Under the pieces are notes generated by a model that saw only the letters and a program-made list of their open reading frames with translations, had not been told where the DNA came from and did not search any database. This document shows, in pieces, positions 10,277 to 26,125 of a DNA stretch of 64,000 nucleotides (position 1 is the first letter of the stretch; each line of letters starts with the position of its first letter). The translations under genes were made by a program, and so were the position numbers. This stretch comes from Dictyostelium discoideum (lineage: Eukaryota). The stretch covers positions 2,016,001 to 2,080,000 of the forward strand of contig CM000150.2 of the NCBI GenBank assembly GCA_000004695.1, given 5' to 3'.

Positions 10277-11584
10277 TTAAATTTTATTATATTTAAATAA
10301 ATATTTAACAATATCAGAATAAATTTTAATATATGCATCTGTACCCCAAGTAAAATCAATATGATTAAAGTTTATAATGTTTTTAGAAAATATTAAATTT
10401 TGTTTTAATTGAGCTATTAACCAATTATTATCTTCTTTAGTTGATAGTATCATTACCACCAGTGAAAAGAAATGTTGGTATTGTTTTTGAAAAGTTTGTA
10501 ATATTATATTTTGGTGGTGTTGATTGAGAATAATGAATGAAATTTTCATGTGATGAACCATAATCAAATTTTTGAAAACCTTTCTTAAAATTTTGAGACC
10601 AATGAATCATATTTTTTGTTGATGTTCCACCTGGTGATTGTGATAAAATTATTGGTAATCTAGTTTGATTTAAATTTGAACTGAAATCACCATCATCACC
10701 ATCATCACTGCCGAAAAGTAATCTTAATGAAGTTGTACATGCAAATGGTGTAATACTACAAACCGATGGTAATAGCAATACCCTTAGTGGTTGTATGTCC
10801 ATTGGAAATGATTTTATACCAACTAAATTAACAATTTCACCAATACTTAATTGGGAAATTAAATTTAATAATACACTTTTACAATGTGTTACTCTTGTTA
10901 CTGGTGCCAATGCAAAAAATGTGTTTATCTTTTTCGTTAATTCACTACCTTCTTTAAATCCAATGAATCCCATTGTTGTACCTTGACTATGACCAATATA
11001 ATTCACTTTATCATTTCCAGTTACATTAATAACATAATCAACTACACAAGGTAAATCGAATTCACTCATTTCATCAAATGTAAAATTCCAATATTCTACA
11101 TCATTAACATTATATTTCAAATGTTTATTACTATATCTAGTACCTCTAACATTACTAATCCAAACATCATATCCTTCATCTGCTAGAATAAATCCTAAAC
11201 TTTGATAATCATTCTCTTGAATTACCCAAGTTGTACCAATATCTTCTAAACCATGTTGTAATATAACTGATGCTTTTAACTTTTTATTATTATTTATTAT
11301 TTTTTTACCATTTGGTATACGCTGAAGTGATATCTTTATAATTTTAAAAAGTTATTATTAGTATGAATACAAAATTTAAAAAATAAATTATTAAAAATTC
11401 TTACAATATAACCATCTTTTGTAGTGGCAAAATGATTTTCTACAGGATAACCATGTTTTTGAATAAATTGTGAAATATTTAAATTAAAATCTGGATCAAA
11501 TAGTGTATTTATTTCTGATTGAACAAAATTAAATAAAGTTGATAATATTAAAAAAAAAAATAAAATTAATATTTTTTTTTTCAT
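10277..11584 (-). pseudogene. acid lipase (gastric/lysosomal lipase family) paralog with a frameshift, probable pseudogene
   Basis: Exon 1 is 11584-11405 (MKKKILILFF..TKDGYI, GTAAGA donor) and exon 2 starts at 11333 (ISLQRIP..), with the GHSQG nucleophile elbow. The reading frame shifts by -2 nt at about 10445 relative to the paralog at 12102-13414 ('GGNDTIN*'). The C-terminal part containing the catalytic His motif 'NHIDFTWG' continues only in another frame (10277-10567). Confidence 0.55.
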
Positions 11585-11895
11585 TTTTAAATTATATATA
11601 TATATATTATAATATATATATAGTTTTAAAAAAATATAAAAAAAATTATAATACAATTGTCTTATAATTTTATAAAAAAAAAAAAAAGAAAAAAAAAAAA
11701 AAAGATTACCTTTAATGTAAAAAATTATCAACTTGTAAAAATATAAATTTATAATCTATTTATTTTTTTAAAATCTATTAATAATTAATCTAATCACATT
11801 TTACTAATTATAAACATTGAATTAATCTAAAAATATTATGATATTTATAAAAATCTTTTACCCTTTTTTGAAAAAAAAAAATAAAAATAAAATTG

Positions 11896-11929
<34 letters not shown>

Positions 11930-12101
11930 TAAAAAAAAAAATAATAAAATTAAAAAAAGAATAAAAAAAACTTTTGTTTAACTTAAATCATTCTTTGAAA
12001 AAAAAAAAAAAAAAAACATTTTACAATTTGTTTAAAGACTTTATGAGATAAATCTTTAAATAAATTATTATTTAATTTTTTTTTTATTTTATTTTAAAAA
12101 A

Positions 12102-13414
12102 TTAATTATATTTTAATAAATATTTTAAAATATCAGAATAAACTTGTTTATAAGCATCATTACCCCAAACGAAATCAAGATGACTATATGAATCAATATG
12201 TTTATAATAAATTAAATTTTTTAATTGTGGAAGTAACCAATTGTAATCTTCTTTTGTTGAAATTAAATCTTTACCACCAGTGAAAATTATTGTTGGTATT
12301 TTTTTTGAAAAATTTGTAATATTATATTTGGGTGGTGTTGATTGAGAATAATGAATGAAATTTTCATATGATGAACCATAATCAAATTTTTGAAATTCAT
12401 TATTTAAATTTTGACTCCAATGGATAATATTTTTTGTTGATGTTCCACCTGGTGATTGTGATAAAATTACTGGTAATCTAGTTTCATTTAAATTTGAATT
12501 TTCACCCCACCCAGTAATGAAACCTAAGGATGTTGTACATGCAATTGGTGTAATACTACATAATGTTGGTGCTAAAAATCCTCTTAAAATCGGTGAATCC
12601 ATTAAAAATGATTTTACTCCAAAAAATTTTAAAATCAATCCAAATCTTAAATTACCTAAAAAATTAAATAATGGACTTTGACAATGTGTAACTCTTGCAA
12701 CTGGTGCCAATGCAAAAAATGTGTTTATCTTTTTCGTTAATTCACTACCATCTTTAAATCCAATGAATCCCATTGTTGTGCCTTGGCTATGACCAATATA
12801 ATTCACTTTACTATTACCAGTTACATTTATAATATAATCAACCATTGAAGGTAAATCGAATTCACCCATTTCATTAAATGTAAAATCCCAATATTCATCA
12901 TCATTTACTGTATATTCCAAATGTTTATTACTATATATAGTACCTCTAACATTACCAATCCAAACGTCATATCCTTCATCTGCTAAAATAAATCCTAAAC
13001 TTTGATACCTATTCTCTTGGAAAACCCAAGTTGTACCAATATCTTCTAAACCATGTTGTAATAAAACTGTTGGTTTTATCTTTGTATTATTATTATTATT
13101 ATTATTATTAAATATTCCTTTATTTTTATTTATACCATTTGGTATACGTTGAAGTGATATCTAATAAATATTAAAATATTAATTAATTTATAAATAAAAT
13201 AGAATTTCTATTATTAACCTCTTACAATATAACCATCTTTTGTAGTTACGAAATGATTTTCAACAGGATATCCTTGTTTTGCAATCAATTGTGAAATGTT
13301 TAATTTAAAATCTGGGTCAAATAATATATCCTCTATTGATTGAGTAACATTACAACTTATTAAAATTGTTACTAATATTATTATTATATATTCTATGGTT
13401 AATATATTTTTCAT
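12102..13414 (-). CDS. acid lipase (lysosomal/gastric lipase family, alpha/beta hydrolase), 415 aa
   Basis: Model join(13414..13226,13160..12102) with one 65-nt intron (GTAAGA..tattag). Signal peptide MKNILTIEYIIIILVTILISC, 'DGYI|ISLQRIP', 'LLQHGLEDIGTTW', GHSQGTT nucleophile elbow and C-terminal 'YSHLDFVWG' His motif. It lies in tandem with 10277-11584. Confidence 0.75.
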
Positions 13415-13734
13415 TTTATCTAAAAAAAAAAAAAAAAAAAAAAAATTTATTATAAACCAATTTTTTGGTAAAAAAAATGCTTTTAAAAAAAGAAAATCAG
13501 AGATTCATATAAAAAAAATTTATTATTATTATTAAAAATTATATTTTAAAAAAAAAAGTTTAAAACTATTCCATTTGATAGTTTTTTTAAAAAAGTTTAT
13601 AAGAGTTTTTAACCAAAATTTTATAAAATATTAAAAATTAATTAATTTTTTAACTATTAATTATTATATTTCTAAATTAATAACACAATTATTTATATAT
13701 AATCTGAAATTTTTTCCAAACAAAATTGTTAGGG

Positions 13735-13914
13735 TGTGGTTGGTGTATTGCTTTTTAAAAAAAAAAAAAAATTATTATCATTGCAAGGTTCGGAATGTTG
13801 TAAAATTAAAAAATTATTTAATTTGTTTAATTTTTTGAATTAACATAAAACGAGCAGTTTTATTTTATTAAAAATAAAATAAAAATAAAACATATAAATT
13901 TATTCAATAAAATT

Positions 13915-13964
<50 letters not shown>

Positions 13965-13996
13965 GCGCTGTTATACCCTATACCCCACACCCTTTA
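13735..13996. promoter_or_regulatory. paired GT-rich (G-box-like) and CA-rich (CAE-like) elements in the lipase promoter region
   Basis: 'gggtgtggttggtgtattgc' (13735-13754) and the inverted 'ataccctataccccacaccc' (13975-13994) flank an A-tract. They lie 320-580 bp upstream of the 13414 start codon and resemble GBF G-box/CAE elements. Confidence 0.3.
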
Positions 13997-14027
13997 TTTT
14001 TATTATTATTATTATTTATTATTAGTT

Positions 14028-14639
14028 TTATTTTGATCTTTTAAAAAGTTTTTTTAATAAAAATAAAAGAATTTCAGATTTTGGTAATGAAATTATTGAT
14101 AATTTTTGAATCTCTTTTAATATTGAATTATATTGTTCATTTTCAAAATTTTCATAATGTTTAGGTATATTAATTTCTTTAAAAATTGATTTAACAATTG
14201 AGACATCATTTTCATTATCATTTCCATAATTTTTTTTTAATTGATTTAATTGATCATTATTACAAATTGTATTTGCTTTACAAATTAACCAAGAACATTT
14301 ATTCTCTTGTATATCAGTACCAGTTTTACCAATTACTTTAGGATCACCAAAACAATCAAAATAATCATCTTGTGCTTGACCATAAATTCCTAAATTAAAA
14401 CAAATATTTTTAATTAATTCTTCTTCTTGTTCTTTTTCTTTATCTTTTTCTTCTTTACAGGTTGTATCATCTTTTTGTTTCTCATTATTATCCATAATAT
14501 CTGTCAATAAAATTGCAATTTTAATTTGTAAATAAAAAACATGGTGTGAAGATTTATTAATACAAATTTGTGAATAACTATTAAATAAATAAAAAAAAAA
14601 CACAATTGTTAATAATAAATAATTATTTAAAATACAATA

Positions 14640-14707
<68 letters not shown>

Positions 14708-15078
14708 CATACTTTTCAAATGTAAAATTTGTAAAATCACCTCTTTTTAAATGAAATGATGATGAATCTAATAATTGACCAGTTGCAGTATAAAAAATTG
14801 ATTCATGAAATAGTTCAAACAAATCAACATAATAAGATTTATTTTTAAAATATTTTTTTAAAATAAAAAATAAAAATGATTCTATTAATACTGAATCATT
14901 AATTGCAAGCATACCAACTTTATGTTCGGTTGGATTAAATGGACTTGGATGACGATACCAACATAATTCACCTCTTCTTGTTAAACCATTATCCATTATA
15001 TCATCTGTTATTAAAAAAAATGATAAAAATTCAAGACACCATCCGATTATTCTTGCTTCATGTTGGCTTGTTTCTGAA

Positions 15079-15109
<31 letters not shown>

Positions 15110-15344
15110 CAAAATTATTTTTTGCTATTAATAAAGTATTTAAAGAATAAAGAAATCCTAATCCTCTATACATTTTACCACCTGTAATTGTTGGTGAATT
15201 TAATAATTCTTTTATATAATCAATTGCATTACTTGCTAATTTCATTTTTGGAAGTTCATCGAATACATCATTTTTTAAAATTGAGTAAACTTTAATAAAT
15301 TCTTCCCTTTCATTTTCTAAATCAATTTTATAATGGGATCCCAT
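14028..15344 (-). CDS. farnesyl diphosphate synthase (trans-prenyltransferase), 393 aa
   Basis: Model join(15344..14713,14577..14028). First Asp-rich motif '[16 protein letters not shown]', second '[14 protein letters not shown]', and '[11 protein letters not shown]'. The 135-nt intron (GTATGT..tttaatag, phase 2) contains a (TA)30 microsatellite that the ORF track reads through as IYIY... Confidence 0.75.
14643..14705. repeat. (TA)n microsatellite inside the FPPS intron
   Basis: About 30 perfect TA dinucleotide repeats. Confidence 0.9.
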
Positions 15345-15643
15345 TTAGATATATTGAAAAAATTGATAAAAAAAAAAAAAAAAAATGAAAAAAAAAAAAA
15401 TAAAAAAAACTAAAGCATCGTGTGTTTGATAAAAAAAAAAAAAAAATGAAAAAAAAAAAATGAAAAAAAAAATAATAAAAAAAAAAAAATTAATGGAGTT
15501 TAATAATAATAAAACATAAATCTGGTTTTTTTTAGATAACTGAAATTGTATTAGGTTTATAATATAATGTCGATTGTATCAATAAATAAATATATTAATG
15601 CATTTAAACCAAATACACAGATGTGTATTAAATTATTATGTAG

Positions 15644-16762
<1,119 letters not shown>

Positions 16763-16767
16763 ACAAT

Positions 16768-16801
<34 letters not shown>

Positions 16802-16964
16802 TGTTGTAAAATATCTCTAATAAAATCTAAAAATAAAACATTAGTTTTTATTTAATTGGTTCATTAAAAAAAAGAAAATAATTAAGATTTTGTTATTTTT
16901 TCCAAGTTTTATTTTATGGAAATAAAATTAAAAAAAAAAATAAAAAAAAAATTAAGAATATTAT

Positions 16965-18502
<1,538 letters not shown>

Positions 18503-18539
18503 TCTTTTTTTTTTTTTTTTAAAAAAAACAGAGAAAAAG

Positions 18540-18590
<51 letters not shown>

Positions 18591-18947
18591 TTGTTTATTT
18601 TTTTATTTTTTTAATTTCAATTTTATTTTTTAAAATAAAAAAAAAATAAAAACAATTTTCTGTTTATTATTAAACGTAATATTCCGTAAATGGAATTTTT
18701 TATATTTTTTTATTTTTAAAATAAATTTCCATTCTAACTAAATAATGGTATTAGATTTTTCATTAATGATAAACATATATCCATTAAAAATAAAAAATCA
18801 AGCAAACAAAAAAAAAAAAAAATAAAAAAATAAAAAAAAATAATAATAATAATATCCAGATAACCATCAAGTAAAGTTTAAATCAATGTCGATAATTTTT
18901 TATTTTTATTTTTTTAATTTCTTTTTTTAATTTCTATTTTAATTTCT

Positions 18948-18979
<32 letters not shown>

Positions 18980-19069
18980 TTTAAATCTTAATAATAATAA
19001 ATAAATAAACTAAATTTTCGAACAAGATTTATAGTTTAAATAATAAATTTTTTTTTTTTTTTTTTTTTT

Positions 19070-19795
19070 TTAAGCTTTTATAAAATAAGTTTTTTCTCTA
19101 TAATTTGCAAATTCAATAACAATTTCATTTAAAACATCTAATAAAAATGGACAATAAATTGAATCAATACTTTTTTTCCAAATATTATTATTATCTAATT
19201 TTACTATATTTTTAACTTTTTCTTTTGTATTTTCTAATACAGTGAAATTAATGCAATTGACAATTGATTTTATACCTTTTGCAATACCCTTTTGTAAATA
19301 AGATACTGAAGAACCTGATAATTTAATACCTTGACATTTTAAAAGATGATCTCTCATTAATTTAATTTGAACAGATTCAGTACTTGGATTTTGAAAAATT
19401 GAAAATAATAATAGCTTTAAACGATTCAAATGATCCCTATAGCCAATTGTGAATGGAGAAGTATTTAAAAAACTAATATTTGAATTTATCAATGAAAAAT
19501 ACCATCCATTCTTATCTGGACTATCATAACATAAAATATTTGAAAAGAATGTTGAACTATTCCAATTCAATGGTGGTGATGGTAATTTACAAAAATTATT
19601 ACAAAATATATCGAATGCTATAATTTTACCTAATTGTTTAAATTTTTTACCACCTTTACTACCTGAAAAATATTCTTTATGATTTAATTCATTAAATCTT
19701 TTACCATTATTTCTATATTCTAAAACTATTTTTTGTAAATAAAAAATAGAAAAATTAATTAATTAAATTATTATTATTTTTTTTTGAAAATTTTG

Positions 19796-19835
<40 letters not shown>

Positions 19836-20491
19836 CTTAAAAAAAAAGATTTTTCCAATTCAGATTTTATAAAATCATTTAATGATTGATCATCTTTTGA
19901 ATGAATTAATAAATTATAGGACATTTCAGTGTATTCTAAATTTGAAAAATCTAATAATCTCATCTCTGGAATTGGATACTTTAAAATACCTTCTAAAACA
20001 TATGCGTATACATCATGTGCAATGGTCGATGATGATTTTAATAATATTTGACTTTCATTATAATTATTAATAATACTTGGATTCTCGTCGTTGGTATTGT
20101 TATTATTATTTATACAATTATTATTACAAATATTATTATTATTATTATTTACACAATTACAATTTAAATTATTTATATTATTTATATTATTATTATTATT
20201 AAATGTTATTAATAAAAATATATTTGAATTTCCAAAATCTATTTTTTCAACTGAAGAAATTGATTTCCAATCAATATTTTGAATATTTGAAAATGTGGGA
20301 ATATTATAATCTATATTTGTCGATGATGATGGTGATGATGATGCACTACTTCCATTAAAATTTCCACTTGATCTTTTATTAGTGGTTCCACTACTATTTG
20401 AACTACTACCACCAATATTTGATGAGGAACTACCTGAATCAATATTTTTATCAAATGAAATTTTATTTCTTAATTCTCTTAATGTTTTCAT
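19070..20491 (-). CDS. uncharacterised protein with an S/N-rich N-terminus, about 436 aa
   Basis: Model join(20491..19837,19725..19070) with a phase-1 intron (GTTTGT..aaatag). The conserved-looking C-terminal half reads 'EYFSGSKGGKKFKQLGKIIAFDIFCNNFCKLPSPPLNWN..GYRDHLNRLK'. The exact splice junction is ambiguous among three nearby AG sites. Confidence 0.45.
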
Positions 20492-20839
20492 TTTTTATTA
20501 TTTTTAATGATTTTTTATTCTATTGAGGTTATAATTTATTTATTTTTATATATTTATTTTATTAAAATTTGGTTCGTACCAAAAAATAATTTTTATTAAC
20601 TAAAGGTATTTTTTTAAAAAATTCTAAATAATGACTAACTTTTTTTTATATAAAAAAAAATTATTTTTACCAAAAAAAAAAAAAAAAAAAGAAAATAATA
20701 ACTTATAAATTTTATTTTTAAATTAATTTTTAAAATATTAGCTATTAATTATTAATTATTAATTATTATTATTATTATTTCTATTGCTATTATTTAATTT
20801 AATTGATAGGAAAAAAAAAATACTAATGGCAACGAATTT

Positions 20840-20882
<43 letters not shown>

Positions 20883-21024
20883 AGGAATTGAATTTAGTTA
20901 GAAATAAATTTAACTAAAAAAACACATGTATAATATTATTTAGTCGTCCAAATTATAACAATGGTAAATTAATTATTATTATTATTATTGTTATTATTTT
21001 AAAAAATTATTAATATTAAATATG

Positions 21025-21084
<60 letters not shown>

Positions 21085-21654
21085 ATAATGTTTAAAAAAA
21101 AAAAAAAAAAATAGATTTAAATAAATATTGGAGGTAAATAGATTTTTTTATTGTTAAAAATAAATAAAAATGAATATATAACAACACGAGTAATAATAAC
21201 AAAAAAAAAAAATAAAAAAAAAAAAAAAAAAAAAATAATTAAAAAAAAAAAAAAAAAAAAAAAAAATTAAAAAAAAATAAATAAAATTTAAAATAAACAT
21301 AAATAACTATCATTATAATGTAAATAGTGTTGTTTTATTCATACTTTTATCTCACTTACTAACTCTTTAAAAAAAAAAAAAAATTATTATTATTTACACA
21401 CAAAAAAAAAAACACAACACACCCACATTACTCCCAAAAAAACAAACATACTCACTATTAAGAATATACGATATAATTGTTATATGTTATCTCTATTAAT
21501 TTATTTTTATATATTAAATACAAATAAACATATTCTCAACATTAATTCAAAACAAAGAATTGTATAATATGATATTTCTTAAAAATTAAAAAAAATAAAA
21601 AAAATAATTGTGATATTCCTCTTCACTAAAATTGTTTACTATATTGATGTAAAA

Positions 21655-21889
21655 AGTGTGAGTGTGGGTGTGGTAGTGGTGGGGTAGTGGTGGGGTATTA
21701 TAAATTAAAAAGGAAAAATTGAATTATTATGATATTTTCCCAAATACTCTGCTTAAATCTATATAGTAATTTCAAATATATATTTAGAAATGTTATTTGA
21801 TTTTTTTAATATTACAAAATACATACTCACACCACCACATATTATCACATATTACCACATATTACCACACACACCCAAACGCTCACACC
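21655..21889. promoter_or_regulatory. imperfect inverted pair of GT-rich/CA-rich blocks (G-box/CAE-like, or MITE-like)
   Basis: 21655-21699 'gtgtgagtgtgggtgtggtagtggtggggtagtggtgggg' and 21822-21889 'cacaccaccacat..ccacacacacccaaacgctcacacc' are imperfect reverse complements about 120 bp apart. Confidence 0.3.
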
Positions 21890-23495
21890 ATGAATTTAAT
21901 GTTAAAATATTATTAATAATAATAATAAAATAATAATAATATTAATGACAATTTAAACAAAAAAGTTTAACAAATATAAATCTATAACTTTTATTGATTG
22001 TGGGTTATTGTTGCTATTTTTAATATCTTTTTTTTTTCTAAAAATAGAAAAAAAAAATTTTAAAATTAAGATACAACAAGGAAAACCACTTAAAATATCG
22101 AATTTCGAAAATAATTGTATATAGATAAATTGAAAATTTATTACTTATTACTATAAAACATATTAAAAAGTATTTTTTTTTTTTTTTTTTTCAAAAATTC
22201 ATTTAAACCTGTAATACAAAAAATATTTTAATTCTTAAAAATGTGCCAACATTTAAGAAATTATCAAAAAAATTGAAACTTTAATGTTATCAATTTTTAA
22301 AATATTAAAATAAAAAAAAAAAAAAAAATTTTTTACTTAAATATGTTTAGAAAAAAAAAAAAAAAAAATTTTAATAAAAAATGATTCAGATCAGATTTTA
22401 AAAACGTTATCATTTTTTTAATTAAAAAAAAAAAAAAAAAAATAATAATACTTATCAATTTTTTCTATTTAAAAGTTTTGTAATTGGAATACTGAAATGA
22501 TGTTTTACAAAAATCGAAAATGGTAATATCTTTATTTTTTTTTTTGGTTTTAAATCTTTTATCAAAAGAATAAAAAAACAAATTCCAATCTACTATAAAA
22601 ATACATACAACCCCACTACTATTTTTATATTTATTTTTTTTAAACCAAAAAAAAAAAAAAAAAATAAAGAAAAAAAATAAATTAAAAAAAGAAAAAAAAA
22701 TATGATGTAATAAAAAAAAAAAAAAATTGTTTTTACTCTTTTTGATCATTAAAATTAAAAACTAGATAAAAAAAAAGTAAAAATTAAAAAAAATAAATTA
22801 ACTTCATTGAACAACCTATATAATAATTTTACCATTTCAAGTTCATACTTTTACTTGTGGTAAACAAATAATAAAATATTGTTAAATAAATCACAATTTT
22901 ATGTAATTTTTACTTTTTTTTTTTTTTTATTTTTTAATTGACAATTTATTCAAATAATTCTTTTTTTTTTTTTTATTTTAATTTTCAACCTAAATATTCT
23001 TTTTAAAATCTATTTTATTTGTGCACCAATAGTAATATTCAAAAATACTTTGTTTTTTTTTTTTTTTTTTTTTTACTAAAATAGTATTTGTTTTAAATAC
23101 AAAAAAAAAAAAAAAAAATTTGGTTTTATTTAGTGAGTAAATGAATTTTTAAACGAGAAATGTGTTTTAACACATAATATTCGTATACGAATATGTGGTA
23201 TTGTGAGTGTGTGAATTAAAAAGTTTTTTTTTTTTTTTTTTTAGTTTTATTCAATTATTTAAATTATTATTTTTCATATTATTTTTATTATTTTTAATTA
23301 TATATATATATAATTGTTTTTTTTAAATAAATAACCGATAAAATGGGGTGGGGTGTGACCAAATTTTAAATATTATAGGAAATCTAAATTTATTTAAATG
23401 GTTGTTTTTTAAACATTAATGAAAATAATCAATACATGCGCTCATTCCACAACACTTTCCTTTTTATAAAAATAAGGGTTTGTTTAATTTTTGTG

Positions 23496-23542
<47 letters not shown>

Positions 23543-23883
23543 GTGGGAATGTATGAGTAGTAATTATTGTGGGTAACCCAATAATACTTTCTTTCATTCA
23601 AATTGTAAAATATGTTTGAAAAGAAAGAAAAAAAGTAAATAGAAATAACCATCAAATTGCATATCACACCTACCAAATTATTTTTAAAAATTGGTGGTAA
23701 ACTACATTTTTGGAAAAAGCTTAATTATTGCTTATTCTCTCATTTGGAAAAAAAAAAATTACAAAATTATTGAAATTCACATAATATATTTACTATTTTT
23801 TATGAGTTTATAATATTGAATAAAGTTGATTTGAAATTCCTTATAAATTAAAAAATTATTTTAAATTTTTTATTTTCAATAAT

Positions 23884-23923
<40 letters not shown>

Positions 23924-23945
23924 CATATTATTTCATTCCATTATA

Positions 23946-24220
23946 ATGACAATTTCAGGTAAGTTTATTTTAAATTTTATTTAAAATTATAATAATAATA
24001 ATAATTAAAAAACTAATTTTGATTAAAAAAAAAAAAAAAAAAAATTAATTATAGGTTTATTAAAGAATTTAAGTTTTAAAAATATTTCGAATAATAAAAT
24101 TCTTTTAAACAATGAATATATCTCAAATAATAGTAATAAATATGGTAAACAAGAATTAACAGAAAGATTTTTTGGTGGTGGTGGTTTTTCATATAGCCCT
24201 AAAGGATTAACCCCACATTA
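23946..24220 (+). CDS. small spliced ORF, 60 aa, hypothetical
   Basis: Model join(23946..23958,24054..24220). Exon 1 is 'ATGACAATTTCAG' with a GTAAGT donor, followed by a 95-nt AT-rich intron ending ttaattatag. The phase-1 junction is consistent and the stop is TAA. The protein is MTISGLLKNLSFKNISNNKILLNNEYISNNSNKYGKQELTERFFGGGGFSYSPKGLTPH. An 'aaacccatatta' motif lies 27 bp upstream. Confidence 0.4.
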
Positions 24221-24366
24221 AATATTAAATTAAATTTATTTAATTATCTATTTATTTATTTATTTATTTATTTTAAGATTAAAAAAATCTGTTGTAATTT
24301 TATTTAAATAAAGAAAAAAAAAAAATTTTAAAAAAATATTTATAGTTTTTTTTTTTTTTTTTGTTT

Positions 24367-24406
<40 letters not shown>

Positions 24407-24962
24407 GTGGAACTATACCCTTAACATCATAATAACAAGATTGTTGAAACTCATAAATATTATTGATTGAACATTTTTGTACATGTACTTGATCATTTTT
24501 TTGAACAGTTAAATTTAAAATATTTACAAAGTTATTTAATTTATTTAATTTTAAAATATTAAAACTATCTATTATTTAAAAATAGTTAAAAAAATAAATT
24601 TTTAGTTGTTAATAACCAATTTAATCTTTAATTTATGATTAAAATAAAAATAACTTACTAAATATAGTCATTTTTTTTTTTAAGATAAATCTAATTAATT
24701 ATTTTTTTCTTTTTTGACTAAAGAAGTGATTGGAATTTTAATTATTTTATTTTTGTTTTAAAAGTTTTTATTTTTTTTATAAAATTAAAAAAGTAATTGT
24801 ATTTTTTTTTTTTTTTTTATTTATTATTTTTTTTTTCTGTTTTTTTTTTTTTTTTTGTTTAGTATAGTATTTTTTCTTGATTTGGAATCTATTGGGTAGT
24901 TTCATTAAAATGATTTCAAAATTTTTATTTTTTTTTTTTTTCTGTTCTGGTTTTCTATTTAT

Positions 24963-24993
<31 letters not shown>

Positions 24994-25120
24994 TTTTTTT
25001 TTTTTTCGATTTTTCAATTTAAGTCTCTTCATTATCATTTTATAGTGTTTAACCTAAATTTTATTGTTTGTGCATGTCACAATTCAAGTTGTCAGCATAT
25101 TAATTAAAACATCACTATTA

Positions 25121-25292
25121 AACTCAGTGGTTGTGGTATTAATTTAGACAGTTAATATAAAAAACATAACTATAAAAAAGTTAGGTTGTTTTTTTTTATT
25201 ATTAAATAAAATTAAGCTAAAAATAAAATTTTTTAAAATAATAATAATAAAAACTGTCGTTTAAAATAACCCACACACTCGCACACACCACA
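25121..25292. promoter_or_regulatory. paired GT-rich/CA-rich elements upstream of the lipase gene at 26126
   Basis: 'cagtggttgtggtatt' (25121-25136) and 'cccacacactcgcacacaccac' (25268-25290) lie about 850-1000 bp upstream. The CA block is related to 21870-21889. Confidence 0.3.
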
Positions 25293-25386
25293 ATTTTCGA
25301 TTTTTTAACAATAACTTTTTTTGTACAGTTTCATATAAAATATATTTTAAATTTATGACACAATAATAAAACAATTATTATTATTT

Positions 25387-25419
<33 letters not shown>

Positions 25420-26125
25420 GAAATTTATTTAATCATTTAAAAAAAAAAAAATACTAAGAAAAAAAAAAAAGGAAAAAAAAAAAAAAACAAATAATTAATT
25501 TTGGTTAAAAAAATTTGATGGTTTTTTAAAAAAAAAAAAAAGTAAATTGAAATTAAAGATATTTTAAATCCTGAAAAAAAAAAAAAAAAAAAAAATAAGA
25601 TATTTTTTCATTTTTTTCATTTTTTAAACCTGGTTTCGATATTTTTCAAATAAAAGTGAAAATATCTAATTTTTTTGTGCATTTTCAGTTTTATTTATTT
25701 TGATGATGTCAACTAAAATTCAATTCCACTTATAGTACGTCATAATTATTTTCTTTTTTTTTTTTTTTTTTCATTTTAAGTATCACAATTCCATTTATTT
25801 TCTATTTTTATTTTTACGAAAAGACAATTGTTTTTCCCATTTTTATAAAACATTTTTTTTTGAATTTTTTATTCAAAAAAATCTTTTTTTTTTTTATTTT
25901 GATTTTTATGATTAAAAAAAAAAAAAAAATTAAAAAAATATTTAACCCCTTTTTTTTTTTTTTTTTTCAATTCAATTCAATTCAATTCAAAAAAAAAAAA
26001 AACTTAAAAAAAAAAACAGTAATAATAATATTAGTATCACTAATAATATATATATATATAATTAATATATATATAATTTTAAAATATTATTATTAAAAGA
26101 AAAAAAAAAAAATAATAAAAATAAA

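Noticed and set aside
14580-14712. ORF-track read-through of the FPPS gene across the (TA)n stretch (IYIYIY...)
   Set aside because: The region has GTATGT and AG boundaries with a consistent phase-2 junction, and splicing restores the alignment to FPPS ('FTFEN|YSQICINK'). It is an in-frame intron, not coding.
23919-23930. 'aaacccatatta' resembling the Dictyostelium upstream sequence element (DUSE) of ncRNA genes
   Set aside because: It is not an exact DUSE. A protein-coding mini-gene with canonical splicing starts 27 bp downstream, and I found no class-I RNA 'CCTTACAGCAA' motif nearby. It is noted as a possible promoter motif only.
24400-24520. 27-codon minus-strand ORF (MIKYMYKNVQSIIFMSFNNLVIMMLRV*) in a moderately complex patch
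   Set aside because: Too short, with no splice context linking it to other exons and no similarity to anything recognisable.
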